From a virus, in IMG/VR virus record IMGVR_UViG_3300045988_021903, positions 1 through 36,827 of that record: a stretch of DNA of 36,827 bases, one strand, 5' to 3'. Below, in pieces: positions 15,227-24,883 of this stretch; positions within the stretch are counted from its first letter, which is position 1; each line of letters begins with the position of its first letter. The notes beneath the pieces were generated by a model. It saw only the letters and a program-made list of their open reading frames with translations. It was not told the DNA's origin and did no database searches. Made by a program: the position numbers and the translations under genes.

Positions 15227-17442
15227 TGAATATATACATACCGATAGCAGATGTAACACTAACCGACGGGCAAACCTATGACGGGCAATTACCCGTGTGG
15301 GCTACGCGCCCGCTAATGGTGAAGGTGACAACGGGCACAAACGAGCCTGTGAATATTACTGTGAGGAACAGCGGATCACCCGTTAAAACGGTAACTTTGC
15401 CCTATCAGCAGTACGGGATGGAAATAGACCTATCCTTTGCCGCCCCTTTGCTTAAGCGCGCCGACCGTAACAAGTCGCAGGGTACGCCGTGGTTTATGCA
15501 ACAGGAGCTATTGTTTTGGGTTGATGATCCGGCGGACTATATAACTATTCCGGTATTCCATTGTGATCTTACATACTGGGACACGCTAGGAGTAGATGCC
15601 GCCCTTCCCCAACCGCCGAAACCGCGCATACCGGGGCAGACGCTAGACATATTCTTCCCCTACATTATACACCCGTCTGACGCGTTATCCGTTGAGGTTG
15701 AACCCGTGACGGGTGCGCCTAGTTCGGCGATATTCCCTACTACCTATGTACTGGGAAACACTATCGATATAACGTATATAAAGAAGTTGACAATTAAAAA
15801 CATTTGGGGTAACGGGCTGGACCAAGTGATTAACTATGAAGACCGCCTAATGTCTGACGCTATCTATGATACCGGGCTTCAATGCGCTTTGCGTGCTAGA
15901 TGGAACATGCGCAATGGTCAATGGTTTTGGGCTGCATTTAAGGATTACTTTTGGTCTAATAAGTTCACCCCTATCCGCGGTCGTGGAGGCGTAACAGAGC
16001 AGGCCGAAATCACTATAAACCTAGAGTACGGCGAAGAGTGGTACAACGTCTACCAAGAGTTGTTGGTATCGTCTAACGTCGTGTTCGAGTTGAACATACC
16101 GGGTATAAACCAATACCAATCGAAACGCTTTAGAGCCGAGGTCGTGGGCGACACTGGCGCAAGATGGTCAAACAGTACTAAGACGTACAGACAGCAGGTA
16201 AGGTTCAAGACAACGGAACTACAAGACAACTACATGTTTCCACTTTCACCGGACCAACCGTCTACACCGTCGATCGCGTTTACAGCACAGAAAAACCCGT
16301 GGACGGTAGGCCCGGCACCTGCGGTAGGAATTACTAACAGCATATACAGCAACGCGGCATGGGAGGTGCAAAGCGGGCCTAGCTGGCTTACTGTGACAAA
16401 TGGCACGACGCTATTAACGCCGGACGACTTCGAGAAGGGGGGAGCCAATGTAGCGGTAGGTATCTCGTGGGACGCGGCAAAGAACAACAATTCGCGAGTA
16501 GTAAGATGCAAAAAGCTATATAACACGATGAGAGAGATATACCGCATTATCTCATATGTTCCGGGTTATAGGGTCATATTCGTTTATCTCAACGAACTGG
16601 GTATAATAACCGGAGGGGGGAGTTCATACCCTATCAACGGCCAAGTTAACACTAATACAGCTCCTAGGATAGCGGTTATGTTCCATCGGGAAGACCTTGC
16701 CGATATGTCACCTTCTGAAGTTAGTGCTATAAACGCCTATTGGGGAAAACGTTATCACCAATTCCCCGCGGGTAATTCTAATCTCACCGCGACGGTATCC
16801 GCCAACACGGGTGAAGCAAGAACGGGTAACATAGTCCTGAAGAGTTTAGCAGGGGCTACAACGTACAATATAGCCGTTACACAAGCCGGGGTTTCGGGTA
16901 ACGTATCGGTTGATACCCCGACGATCGCAGTGGGGTACGTTAATTTACCTGTTTCCGTTAATGTAACTTCGCTTGGCGCGTGGTCTGTGTCGCAGCGGGA
17001 TATGTGGATCACTCCGAGCGTTACAACAGGCCCGAACGGAACAACCGCCGTAACGTTAACGATCGCAGACAACACGAGTAACGACGCGCGTACCGGAACA
17101 ATAACGTTCCGCAATGGCCAAACCAATGATATAGCAGTAGTTACAGTTAACCAAGGGGGCCTACCGCAATCTATCCTTCTTAGTCCTCTTAGGATCACCG
17201 GACCTAAAGCTGGGGGAAATGTAACCAAAGAGGTCATAGTAATAAGCCAGCATAGTTGGGTGATGGGTAGCGCGCCTAGCTGGGTAGCAACTAGCCCCGC
17301 AGCAGGGGCGGAGGGTCAGACGGTTATAACAGTAACGTACGACACGCCGAACAACACAGGCGTAAAACGCAGCGGGTATTTGAGACTTGAGAATACGACT
17401 ACGCATGAGATCGCAATTTGTTTAATTGAACAGGAGGGATAA
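15223..17442 (+). CDS. BACON-repeat virion protein (739 aa), putative tail or receptor-binding component
   Basis: Two intact C-terminal BACON-like domains, e.g. GAWSVSQRDMWITPSVTTGPNGTTAVTLTIADNTSNDARTGTITF...VTVNQGG and HSWVMGSAPSWVATSPAAGAEGQTVITVTYDTPNNTGVKRSGYLRL. A third is split by an insertion. Confidence 0.75.
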   Translation: MMNIYIPIADVTLTDGQTYDGQLPVWATRPLMVKVTTGTNEPVNITVRNSGSPVKTVTLPYQQYGMEIDLSFAAPLLKRADRNKSQGTPWFMQQELLFWVDDPADYITIPVFHCDLTYWDTLGVDAALPQPPKPRIPGQTLDIFFPYIIHPSDALSVEVEPVTGAPSSAIFPTTYVLGNTIDITYIKKLTIKNIWGNGLDQVINYEDRLMSDAIYDTGLQCALRARWNMRNGQWFWAAFKDYFWSNKFTPIRGRGGVTEQAEITINLEYGEEWYNVYQELLVSSNVVFELNIPGINQYQSKRFRAEVVGDTGARWSNSTKTYRQQVRFKTTELQDNYMFPLSPDQPSTPSIAFTAQKNPWTVGPAPAVGITNSIYSNAAWEVQSGPSWLTVTNGTTLLTPDDFEKGGANVAVGISWDAAKNNNSRVVRCKKLYNTMREIYRIISYVPGYRVIFVYLNELGIITGGGSSYPINGQVNTNTAPRIAVMFHREDLADMSPSEVSAINAYWGKRYHQFPAGNSNLTATVSANTGEARTGNIVLKSLAGATTYNIAVTQAGVSGNVSVDTPTIAVGYVNLPVSVNVTSLGAWSVSQRDMWITPSVTTGPNGTTAVTLTIADNTSNDARTGTITFRNGQTNDIAVVTVNQGGLPQSILLSPLRITGPKAGGNVTKEVIVISQHSWVMGSAPSWVATSPAAGAEGQTVITVTYDTPNNTGVKRSGYLRLENTTTHEIAICLIEQEG
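16255..17439 (+). other. BACON-like domain array within the 739-aa protein (one split plus two intact domains)
   Basis: Covers aa 345..739. W-x-v-x-S...W(L/I/V)...G...v-t-v...N....R-(t/s)-G signatures read from the translation. Confidence 0.7.
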
Positions 17443-17444
17443 AA

Positions 17445-19184
17445 ATGAAAATAGTATCATTAAGAGTTAACGGTAACGACATAGACGGACTAGATAACGC
17501 AACGGTCAAAATCACATTAAACAACATTTCCCCGGTTACTATGACCGGGGACAGCGTAGCGTTTAGTGCTACGGTAAAAGTGCCTAGAACGCCCAACAAT
17601 GACCGGACGTTCATAGGGCTAAACAAGGGGATTCTAAACTGTGAGCATTACATAGCCGAGGTATTAATAGCGTCTATTCCGTTCAAGTATTACGATTATG
17701 TGTCTGACGAGCCTACGCAGTTCTACGCTAAGGTATCAGCGTCTCAAACGGAGTACACTGTCAACTTGATCGAGAGTACAGACAAGTGGGCCGACGTTAG
17801 TTTACCAATATCTGCGCCACCCGTTTACAGGGCGGTACAGGGTGGGGAGGTAGCCATCAGCGCGGCCGACCTTTCCGAACTAGTAAGACGATACGTCACG
17901 TTTCCGCAAGGCGTGCTCCCGGCGATACACCCGGAGACGAGCGACGGAACAACCGTGCCGGACGCGTTATCGCAACAGGCCTCTATCATGGTGAAACGGC
18001 GCGATCTTACATGGCAGGGAGACGTAGCGACGGGATCGACAAAGCTAGTACCGCAGAACTACACGAAAGGGCGCGGAGGGTACATATATCCCCAAAAAGC
18101 TACCATTGTGATGGATAACGCTAGTATATATGCGAACGCTAGTTTCTTTGGAGATAGACCGGGCAGATTGCCCGCGGGGTTCTTTATTGCATCCGGGGAG
18201 GGACAAGCGTTCTACTTGATCGTAGAGTATGTTGGCGCGCCGCTTATTCCGGGTACTAGGCCGGGCACGATCCAATTACAGGGCAACATATCAGGTATCG
18301 GGCGCTCTGTTTCATTCTACGGGACGTTGACGGATCGCATTTGGATTTACCGCTCGGTTATCAATCAACAAATGACAGTGTACCCCAAACAGGACTCGCA
18401 CATACAGTTAGTCGCTACTATCTTAGGAGAGACCCGTAACGACTACTTTAAGTTTCCTGACGGTTACTCGCCGGAGGAAGTTATTAAGTGCGGAGAGGGT
18501 AAAATAGTCTATGATGCAGCAATTGCACCCGAGCCTAAAACTGTTTACGCTCAACCGGCGGACTTCCCCTATAACGACGTAAAAAAGCTAGTTGATGATA
18601 TGTGTACGGCATGGCATTGGAGGAAAATTTACCGCAATGGTACGTTACATATAGAGCCGATAGTAGATGCCGACCTACGTGATGGTACGTCGGCGGCATG
18701 GGCGCATATACACGACTGGAGCGACAAGCTGCGTAGTGTCGAGACGGTAGACGTTCCCGACGAATTCGCGGACCAATACGTTTGTACGGTCGGTTCGGAA
18801 AAATTCAGTTACAGCAACGGGCCCGGAACGGTAACACCCGTTAAAGAGGCGTACAAGTCTGGCGTTAAATACACGTATGATCGGATGGTGTTTCCGAATA
18901 TGGCGCTTACCAGTATATTCACCGCACCATCACCTAGCCCGTACATCGTCTACACACACTTCATATATTACCCGTACATAAACCGGCATTTCAAGATGTT
19001 CAGATCACGCGTACAGGTGAAGATAAAAGCGCAACTAGAATACGCGGACGTTGAAAACCTTAAATTAGGGGATGCGTACTACTTTTCGCAGCTGAATAGT
19101 TGTTTCTACATTAAATCTCTAGGCGAATATGACGTAGCAACCGGGAATTGTAAGCTATCTTTGTACAAAATGGATTTAAAGTAA
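17445..19184 (+). CDS. Tail protein (579 aa), distal-tail (Dit)-like N-terminus
   Basis: MKIVSLRVNGNDIDGLDNATVKITLNNISP resembles siphovirus tail-component N-termini. It is adjacent to the tape measure gene. Confidence 0.5.
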   Translation: MKIVSLRVNGNDIDGLDNATVKITLNNISPVTMTGDSVAFSATVKVPRTPNNDRTFIGLNKGILNCEHYIAEVLIASIPFKYYDYVSDEPTQFYAKVSASQTEYTVNLIESTDKWADVSLPISAPPVYRAVQGGEVAISAADLSELVRRYVTFPQGVLPAIHPETSDGTTVPDALSQQASIMVKRRDLTWQGDVATGSTKLVPQNYTKGRGGYIYPQKATIVMDNASIYANASFFGDRPGRLPAGFFIASGEGQAFYLIVEYVGAPLIPGTRPGTIQLQGNISGIGRSVSFYGTLTDRIWIYRSVINQQMTVYPKQDSHIQLVATILGETRNDYFKFPDGYSPEEVIKCGEGKIVYDAAIAPEPKTVYAQPADFPYNDVKKLVDDMCTAWHWRKIYRNGTLHIEPIVDADLRDGTSAAWAHIHDWSDKLRSVETVDVPDEFADQYVCTVGSEKFSYSNGPGTVTPVKEAYKSGVKYTYDRMVFPNMALTSIFTAPSPSPYIVYTHFIYYPYINRHFKMFRSRVQVKIKAQLEYADVENLKLGDAYYFSQLNSCFYIKSLGEYDVATGNCKLSLYKMDLK

Positions 19185-19190
19185 ATTAAT

Positions 19191-21704
19191 ATGGCGGATC
19201 AAGTAACACTATTAGACCTTAATTTCGGCACGTCTGAAGCCGAGAAAGGACTAGACGCGTTAATAGCTAAGAGTATGTCCCTTGCAAAGACTAAAAAGGA
19301 TTTGCAAGCGGCCTACGCTTCTGAAAAGAAGGAGCTAGACGCGTTAAATCAGAATTACGCGGACGGTCTTATACAGCAGGACAAGTACGACGCGACGGTT
19401 AAGAAGCTGAATAAGTCTCTGATTGAGACGCAAAAAGCGATACTGGACAATACCGAGGCGAACAAGCAGAACAACGCCGAGATCAAGTCTACAAAAACGC
19501 TTCTCGACAATGAGGCTACGAGCGTTAACGCTTTGCGTGCACAGTTGGCGCAGAACACCACGGAGCTAAACAAGATGAGCGAGGCGCAACGGACCACTAG
19601 CAAAGAGGGGCAAGACCTAACCGAGCAGACCAAGGCGTTATCGGACAAGCTTAAGGAGCTGGAAAAGTCGGTAGGCGACAACCGCCGTAACGTTGGTAAC
19701 TACGCCGAGAGTGTTAAAGACGGTATACTTCAAACGCAGGGGCTGACCGGGGGCACTGGCGCGCTAGTGGGACAGATGAAAGGCGGCATCGCCGGGGTGC
19801 AGGCCTTCAACGCTGCATTAAAGGCCAACCCTATTATTTTTGTTGTGTCTCTCGTCTTAACGCTTATCGGCATTATTGAAAAGCTGATGAAACGCAACAG
19901 CGAGTTAGCGACTAGCCTGCAAGCGGCGTTCGCTCCGTTTAAAGTGATTTTCGGGCGTTTGCTGGACTGGATAACCGGATTGTTTGAAGGTGTGGCGTTC
20001 TTGCTTGAAAACCTTGCTAAAGCCGTTACATGGCTCTTGGATAAGCTAGGGCTTATCAGTGAAGAGACGAAGAGAGCCGCGGCGGAAGGTGCCCGGCTGG
20101 CAGGCGAAACGCAGAAGATTTACCAAGCTGAAACGGCGGCACTCGTACCTATGGCACAGATGCGGCGCGAGATGGAAGAACTTAAGACCCTTGCAGCCGA
20201 CCAAAACAAATCAGCGGCGGAGCGTACAAAATTGCTAGAACGGGCTAGGGAAAAGTTGCACGCTATCCGTGATATGGAGTTGTCGGTACTGGACGCTAAG
20301 TACAAGCAAATCAAAGCCGAGAACCAATTAGGCTATACAAGCGACGAGGACGCACGGAAAGAACAGGAAGCCCTTGCAGCGCTGGAAGCAGCGCGCGCCC
20401 GATACGCTACACAAGAGAAAGAAATGGCGGGGCAGGTGTCCGGCTTCATAAAGCAAGAGAGGGACAAGCAAGCGCAGTACGCACAGGCGGCAGCGGCGAA
20501 AAAAGCGAAGGCAGCAGAAGACGCGGCGAAGCGGGAAGCAGACGCGCAAAAGAAGGCACAGGACGCTATCAAGGCGGCACAGGACGCGCAAATGAAGAAG
20601 TACAACGAAGCGGTTACCGCAATGCAGCTGGACATAGCACAGCGCGAAATAGAAGGGGCTAACATCTCGTTACAGGAACTCCAAGCGGTCAATGATAAAA
20701 AGATCGAGATAGAGACGTACAGACGCGCACAGGGTTTGATTGGAGAACAGGAGTATATTAACAACGTTCGCCAACTCGAGTTGGAATACGCCGCGGAGGC
20801 CAAGGCCCGGAAGGACGAGGAAGATCAGAAGGAAAGAGACCGTCAAGCGCTCAACATGGAGAACGACCGCGCGCTAGCTGATATGAAAATGAACAATGAT
20901 TTGGAAAGCCAACTTGCGAGACTGGACGCGCAGAAGGCTGCCGAGATCGCGAACGCGGAAGCGATCGGAGCGGAAACAACCGCAATAACCGAACGTTTCG
21001 AGATAATGAAGGACGAGCTTAAGCGGAAGTACTATAACGCGCAATTGGAAATGGCAGCGGGCACAGCCGGACAACTCTCTAGCTTACTGGGCGAAGAGAG
21101 CGCGGCGGGCAAAGCATTTGCCACGGCGCAGGCTCTTATCAATACTTATTTGGGCGCGTCTAAAGCACTGGCGCAGGGCGGTATATGGGGTATCGCGCAG
21201 GCGGCTATCGTAGTGGCGGCGGGTATGAAGAACGTTATGAGCATCAACAAAACCAAAGAGCCGGACACCAAGATCAAAACGAGCGTTAAGAAATACGCGA
21301 AGGGCGGACAGATTTACGGAGCTAGCCATGCGGCCGGGGGTGTAACGTTCACCGGATCAAACGGGCAACAGTTCGAGGCCGAGGGTGGAGAAAACATGTA
21401 CATTTTGAACCGGAAGGCCTCCGGCGCGATTAACGCGTTATCAGCCCTTAACATGGAGTACGGCGGGCGTTCGTTCGGTTCGTCCGGTGTGTATCGGTAC
21501 GCCAACGGCGGGAAAATAGACGTAGGCGGCGGTGCGAGCATGCAGTTACCTAGTAATTTTAGCCTATCAAATGACAGCTTGCGAAAATTAGCGGCGATTA
21601 TGTACGATTCAGTGGCTAGCGTTCCCGCTCCACGGGTGGCAGTTACCGACATAGACGAGGGTCAACAACAATATAACAGTGTACAAGTAGCGGCTAGCCT
21701 ATAA
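19191..21704 (+). CDS. Tape measure protein (837 aa)
   Basis: Long coiled-coil, Ala/Lys/Glu/Gln-rich sequence. Internal hydrophobic segments PIIFVVSLVLTLIGII and GIWGIAQAAIVVAAGM. Gly-rich C-terminus. Confidence 0.75.
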   Translation: MADQVTLLDLNFGTSEAEKGLDALIAKSMSLAKTKKDLQAAYASEKKELDALNQNYADGLIQQDKYDATVKKLNKSLIETQKAILDNTEANKQNNAEIKSTKTLLDNEATSVNALRAQLAQNTTELNKMSEAQRTTSKEGQDLTEQTKALSDKLKELEKSVGDNRRNVGNYAESVKDGILQTQGLTGGTGALVGQMKGGIAGVQAFNAALKANPIIFVVSLVLTLIGIIEKLMKRNSELATSLQAAFAPFKVIFGRLLDWITGLFEGVAFLLENLAKAVTWLLDKLGLISEETKRAAAEGARLAGETQKIYQAETAALVPMAQMRREMEELKTLAADQNKSAAERTKLLERAREKLHAIRDMELSVLDAKYKQIKAENQLGYTSDEDARKEQEALAALEAARARYATQEKEMAGQVSGFIKQERDKQAQYAQAAAAKKAKAAEDAAKREADAQKKAQDAIKAAQDAQMKKYNEAVTAMQLDIAQREIEGANISLQELQAVNDKKIEIETYRRAQGLIGEQEYINNVRQLELEYAAEAKARKDEEDQKERDRQALNMENDRALADMKMNNDLESQLARLDAQKAAEIANAEAIGAETTAITERFEIMKDELKRKYYNAQLEMAAGTAGQLSSLLGEESAAGKAFATAQALINTYLGASKALAQGGIWGIAQAAIVVAAGMKNVMSINKTKEPDTKIKTSVKKYAKGGQIYGASHAAGGVTFTGSNGQQFEAEGGENMYILNRKASGAINALSALNMEYGGRSFGSSGVYRYANGGKIDVGGGASMQLPSNFSLSNDSLRKLAAIMYDSVASVPAPRVAVTDIDEGQQQYNSVQVAASL

Positions 21705-21721
21705 ATCATAGGTAAAGCCGC
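21690..21721 (+). other. Two-tier hairpin spanning the tape-measure stop codon
   Basis: GCGGCT (21690..21695) pairs with AGCCGC (21716..21721), and CCTAT (21698..21702) pairs with ATAGG (21708..21712). There is no U-tract. Confidence 0.35.
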
Positions 21722-21743
21722 GGCTTCGTGCCATTAAATAATA

Positions 21744-21751
21744 TATCTTTG
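21744..21751 (+). promoter_or_regulatory. Internal promoter -7 box TATCTTTG upstream of the head genes
   Basis: Perfect TAnnTTTG 21 nt upstream of ATG 21772. The -33 position reads TTCG. Confidence 0.55.
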
Positions 21752-21771
21752 TACCAATAATACAGTAATAT

Positions 21772-22803
21772 ATGAAAATATTTGAAAAGTTACGCATTAT
21801 AGAAGCCGGGGAAACCGCAAACTACTATGAAGAAGGGGGAAAGACTTATAAATTAGTCATCTCTGCTAGTGCTTTCCCGTCTCTAGTGGCTTTAGGTAAT
21901 TCCCGGCCTATTCACGCACGCCGCACTCATAACGGCGCAGACTTGCTTGACGGGTATATAGGGCATTTTGCCGACTTCACACACGACGAAAATGCCGTTT
22001 ACGCTGATCTGGTTATGTCTGAAGCTTTGGAAAGCGCGTATCCTAGCGAGTATAATTTTATGGTTGCTATGATTGAGAAAGAGCCGGAGCTACTAGGCGT
22101 ATCGGTTAATCAGTCTGATGTTAAACAATTGGATGAAGAAGCGCAAACCGCAACCGTAATAGAAGTAAGAGAGTTATTTAGTGCCGATTTGGTGGGACTT
22201 CCCGCGGCTACTAGTTCTTTATTTAATAACAATTTAAACAAATTATCAATGAGTAAATTTTGGACGAAATTAGCCGAGCTGGTTAAATCAACTAAGCTGG
22301 CTAGGGAAACCGTCACAACCAAAGAAGGAAAAGAGCTTGTTATTATCGCACAAGGCGAGCAGGCGGCTCTAGGTGACGAAGTACAGGACGCCGAAGGCAA
22401 ACCCGTAGAAGACGGTGATTATTACATTTCGATCGGTGAAGGCGAGGACATGATTATTTCAGTCGTAGCCGGGAAGATTTCCGACGTTAAAGAAGTGGAA
22501 AGCGAAGCTAAGCCCGAGGAAGAAAAGCCGGAAGAGTTAGCAACCGAGGAAGAAAAGCCGGAAGAAAAGCCGGAAGAGGAAGAGAAGAAAACCCCTACAC
22601 CGGAAGAACTTGCAGCGATCCGCAAAGAGGTTACTGAGTTGAAGAAAACCGTGTCTGATCTCAAAACGCAGTTAAGCAAGCGTACTGGTACACCAGCAGC
22701 AGCAAAAACAGAGCTGAAGACCGAAACTAAGACCGGAACGAAATTGAGCCGTGAAGAGGTTCAGAAGGCCGCAGCAGAAATGCGTAAAAAATTCAAATAT
22801 TAA
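21772..22803 (+). CDS. Prohead serine protease fused to a scaffolding domain (343 aa; S78 / P2 gpO-like)
   Basis: N-terminal IHARRTHNG...LDGYIGHF, LLGVSVNQ and ELFSADLVGLPAATSS resemble the His/Ser and C-terminal motifs of prohead proteases. The C-terminal half is an acidic coiled coil with EEKPEE repeats. It sits directly upstream of the capsid gene. Confidence 0.6.
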   Translation: MKIFEKLRIIEAGETANYYEEGGKTYKLVISASAFPSLVALGNSRPIHARRTHNGADLLDGYIGHFADFTHDENAVYADLVMSEALESAYPSEYNFMVAMIEKEPELLGVSVNQSDVKQLDEEAQTATVIEVRELFSADLVGLPAATSSLFNNNLNKLSMSKFWTKLAELVKSTKLARETVTTKEGKELVIIAQGEQAALGDEVQDAEGKPVEDGDYYISIGEGEDMIISVVAGKISDVKEVESEAKPEEEKPEELATEEEKPEEKPEEEEKKTPTPEELAAIRKEVTELKKTVSDLKTQLSKRTGTPAAAKTELKTETKTGTKLSREEVQKAAAEMRKKFKY

Positions 22804-22823
22804 TCTATTAAAACATTAAAATT

Positions 22824-23780
22824 ATGGCATTTACATTTAGCGATTTAAACAAATTGAATATCGACAGCCTAGCCGATGTTATTTCTTTGACACTTGGGCT
22901 GGAGGGCGAATTGTCCAACGGCGTAACCGTGTTGGCAGGTATTGAGAAGGGCAAACCTATCTTGACTTTCACAGCAACAGACAAAGCGGTAAGACGTTCC
23001 GCGGGTTGTGATAGCGAATACAAGTACAGTTCTTTGCAGGACAAGGTTAAATACTACGATCACGCACAGATTGAGTTGCCTATCGTGGTTTGTCTGCAAG
23101 ACTTGTGGGGCAAAATGGTTGCAAAAGGTGTTCACCTTTCGGCTGATTTCGACCAAACACAGTTGGCAGCGTTCATGCAGAATGAAATTCTGAAAGTTCT
23201 TGAAGCTGATATGTTACGTCTCGTATGGTTGGACGGTCTGAAAGCAGCTGATACAGCGGGTGTATACACCGTGTTTAAAAACGGTGGTATCATCAAGCAA
23301 ATGCAGGCATCAACCGAATCTATTAAGGCCCTTGTTCCTTCTGGAGCTGGTGCTAACGTTTTGGAGTGTCTGAAATGGTGTATCGACAATCAGCGCGCCG
23401 ATCAATTGGATGATTCAGAATTTTATGTAACTAGCAACATTATGCGCGCTTACAAGGACTTGGTAGAGGCGAAAGACAACCATTTGGCACAAGCTAACAT
23501 GGAGAATGGCAAACCGGCGTACTACTTCGAAGGTTACAAGGTGAACGAGTTGAGACACGTATCTAACAGCGCTAAGGGCGACGCTTTGACAGTTCAGTCT
23601 TTCATTGCTTTCTCTCCGAAAACTAACATTCAGTTGGCTCTTGAAGATGCAAGTTTGACTATTGATCCGTTCATCCGCGATGCTAAAGACCGTAAGTATT
23701 ACAGTACTACAGTTTTTGCGGCTGATGCTATGCTTGCAGTTCCGGAGTATATGAAATTGTGCACCGCAGCAAATGTTTAA
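22824..23780 (+). CDS. Major capsid protein (318 aa)
   Basis: Follows the protease/scaffold gene, and the size fits an HK97-fold MCP. The fold was not verified. Confidence 0.6.
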   Translation: MAFTFSDLNKLNIDSLADVISLTLGLEGELSNGVTVLAGIEKGKPILTFTATDKAVRRSAGCDSEYKYSSLQDKVKYYDHAQIELPIVVCLQDLWGKMVAKGVHLSADFDQTQLAAFMQNEILKVLEADMLRLVWLDGLKAADTAGVYTVFKNGGIIKQMQASTESIKALVPSGAGANVLECLKWCIDNQRADQLDDSEFYVTSNIMRAYKDLVEAKDNHLAQANMENGKPAYYFEGYKVNELRHVSNSAKGDALTVQSFIAFSPKTNIQLALEDASLTIDPFIRDAKDRKYYSTTVFAADAMLAVPEYMKLCTAANV

Positions 23781-23799
23781 TAATTAAAACAAAGTTTAA

Positions 23800-24333
23800 A
23801 TGGCTTGTATAAAGACATTAGATAAAGCAATTACCTACGACTGCCAAGCTGGCAGCGTAGGTATCGCTGAAATGTATCTGATTAACTTCGACGACGTAAC
23901 GGCCACAACCGAAGGTGTTTTGTCAGATGTGCTGACGGTAACCCTAAAATCGGGGGCAAAAACTGTCCCGGTTGATGCGTACAAGAACGGCGCAAAATTG
24001 ACGGAAGCTCTAAAGCTATCAGATGTTTCGGCAGGTTTGGATCAGACTATCATGTTTACACTCTATGATAAGGCCGCAAATAGTCGGGCGATTATTAGGG
24101 CACTAATGAGCGGGCGTTTTATGGCAGCGGTTAAGCTGAATGATATTAACGCTGTAAAACAGTTGGTAGGTTATAAATGTGGGCTTGAAATTTCTCAAGC
24201 TGATACGGATTCTAGTGCGGCAGGTGGTTTTACTACGATCACTATTAAAACGCCGGATGACGCTAGAGGGGAAAACCGATGGGGGCTGAACGATACAGCA
24301 TGGAACACTATTGTTTCTGCAAAACTAGTTTAA
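23800..24333 (+). CDS. Structural paralog 1 of 3 (177 aa); candidate tail tube or decoration protein
   Basis: MACIKTLDKAITYDC...GGFTTITIKTP is shared with the next two genes. Confidence 0.7.
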   Translation: MACIKTLDKAITYDCQAGSVGIAEMYLINFDDVTATTEGVLSDVLTVTLKSGAKTVPVDAYKNGAKLTEALKLSDVSAGLDQTIMFTLYDKAANSRAIIRALMSGRFMAAVKLNDINAVKQLVGYKCGLEISQADTDSSAAGGFTTITIKTPDDARGENRWGLNDTAWNTIVSAKLV

Positions 24334-24336
24334 AAT

Positions 24337-24870
24337 ATGGGATGCTTAAATAAATTAAATAAGGCGATCTTAGTAGATTGCGACGGAGGGGCGGCGGGTA
24401 TATCCGAAATGCTTCTTATCAATTTCGCGGATATTGCGTCAAAGAGCGTAGCGGGCGGTACTGCAACTATAACGCTAGCCGCTGGCACTAAGGCCGTGTT
24501 GGTTGAGAGTAACAAGAAGGGTGTAAACGCTACGGAGGAAATAAAAACAAATGATAACGCGCCAACAGCATTAACGCAGGCGGTTATGTTCACACTGTAT
24601 CAAGGCAACGTAAACGGAACTCTGATTGTGAATCAGATTCTAAACGGTACATTTTTAGCGCTTGTTAAAACTAAGGCGGGAAGAATTCGGGTATACGGGT
24701 ATAATTACGGTTTGAATGCGACTGCTATTTCGGAGGATCTGAACGCGAACGGCGGTTTTACCACGATCACGCTATCGACATCAGAAAATGTTATTGGCGA
24801 GACTCGACTAACCTTTGCGAATGGTGATTATAGTACATTGAGAGCCGCGGCTATCGTAACAGAATCATAA
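24337..24870 (+). CDS. Structural paralog 2 of 3 (177 aa)
   Basis: MGCLNKLNKAILVDC...MFTLY...GGFTTITLST, colinear with paralogs 1 and 3. Confidence 0.7.
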   Translation: MGCLNKLNKAILVDCDGGAAGISEMLLINFADIASKSVAGGTATITLAAGTKAVLVESNKKGVNATEEIKTNDNAPTALTQAVMFTLYQGNVNGTLIVNQILNGTFLALVKTKAGRIRVYGYNYGLNATAISEDLNANGGFTTITLSTSENVIGETRLTFANGDYSTLRAAAIVTES

Positions 24871-24883
24871 AGGAGGATATTAT

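Noticed and set aside
12317-16764. A diversity-generating retroelement (template/variable repeat pair) in the fibre genes.
   Set aside because: The shared module is similar only at protein-pattern level, not as a near-identical DNA repeat. No reverse transcriptase is encoded anywhere in the genome.
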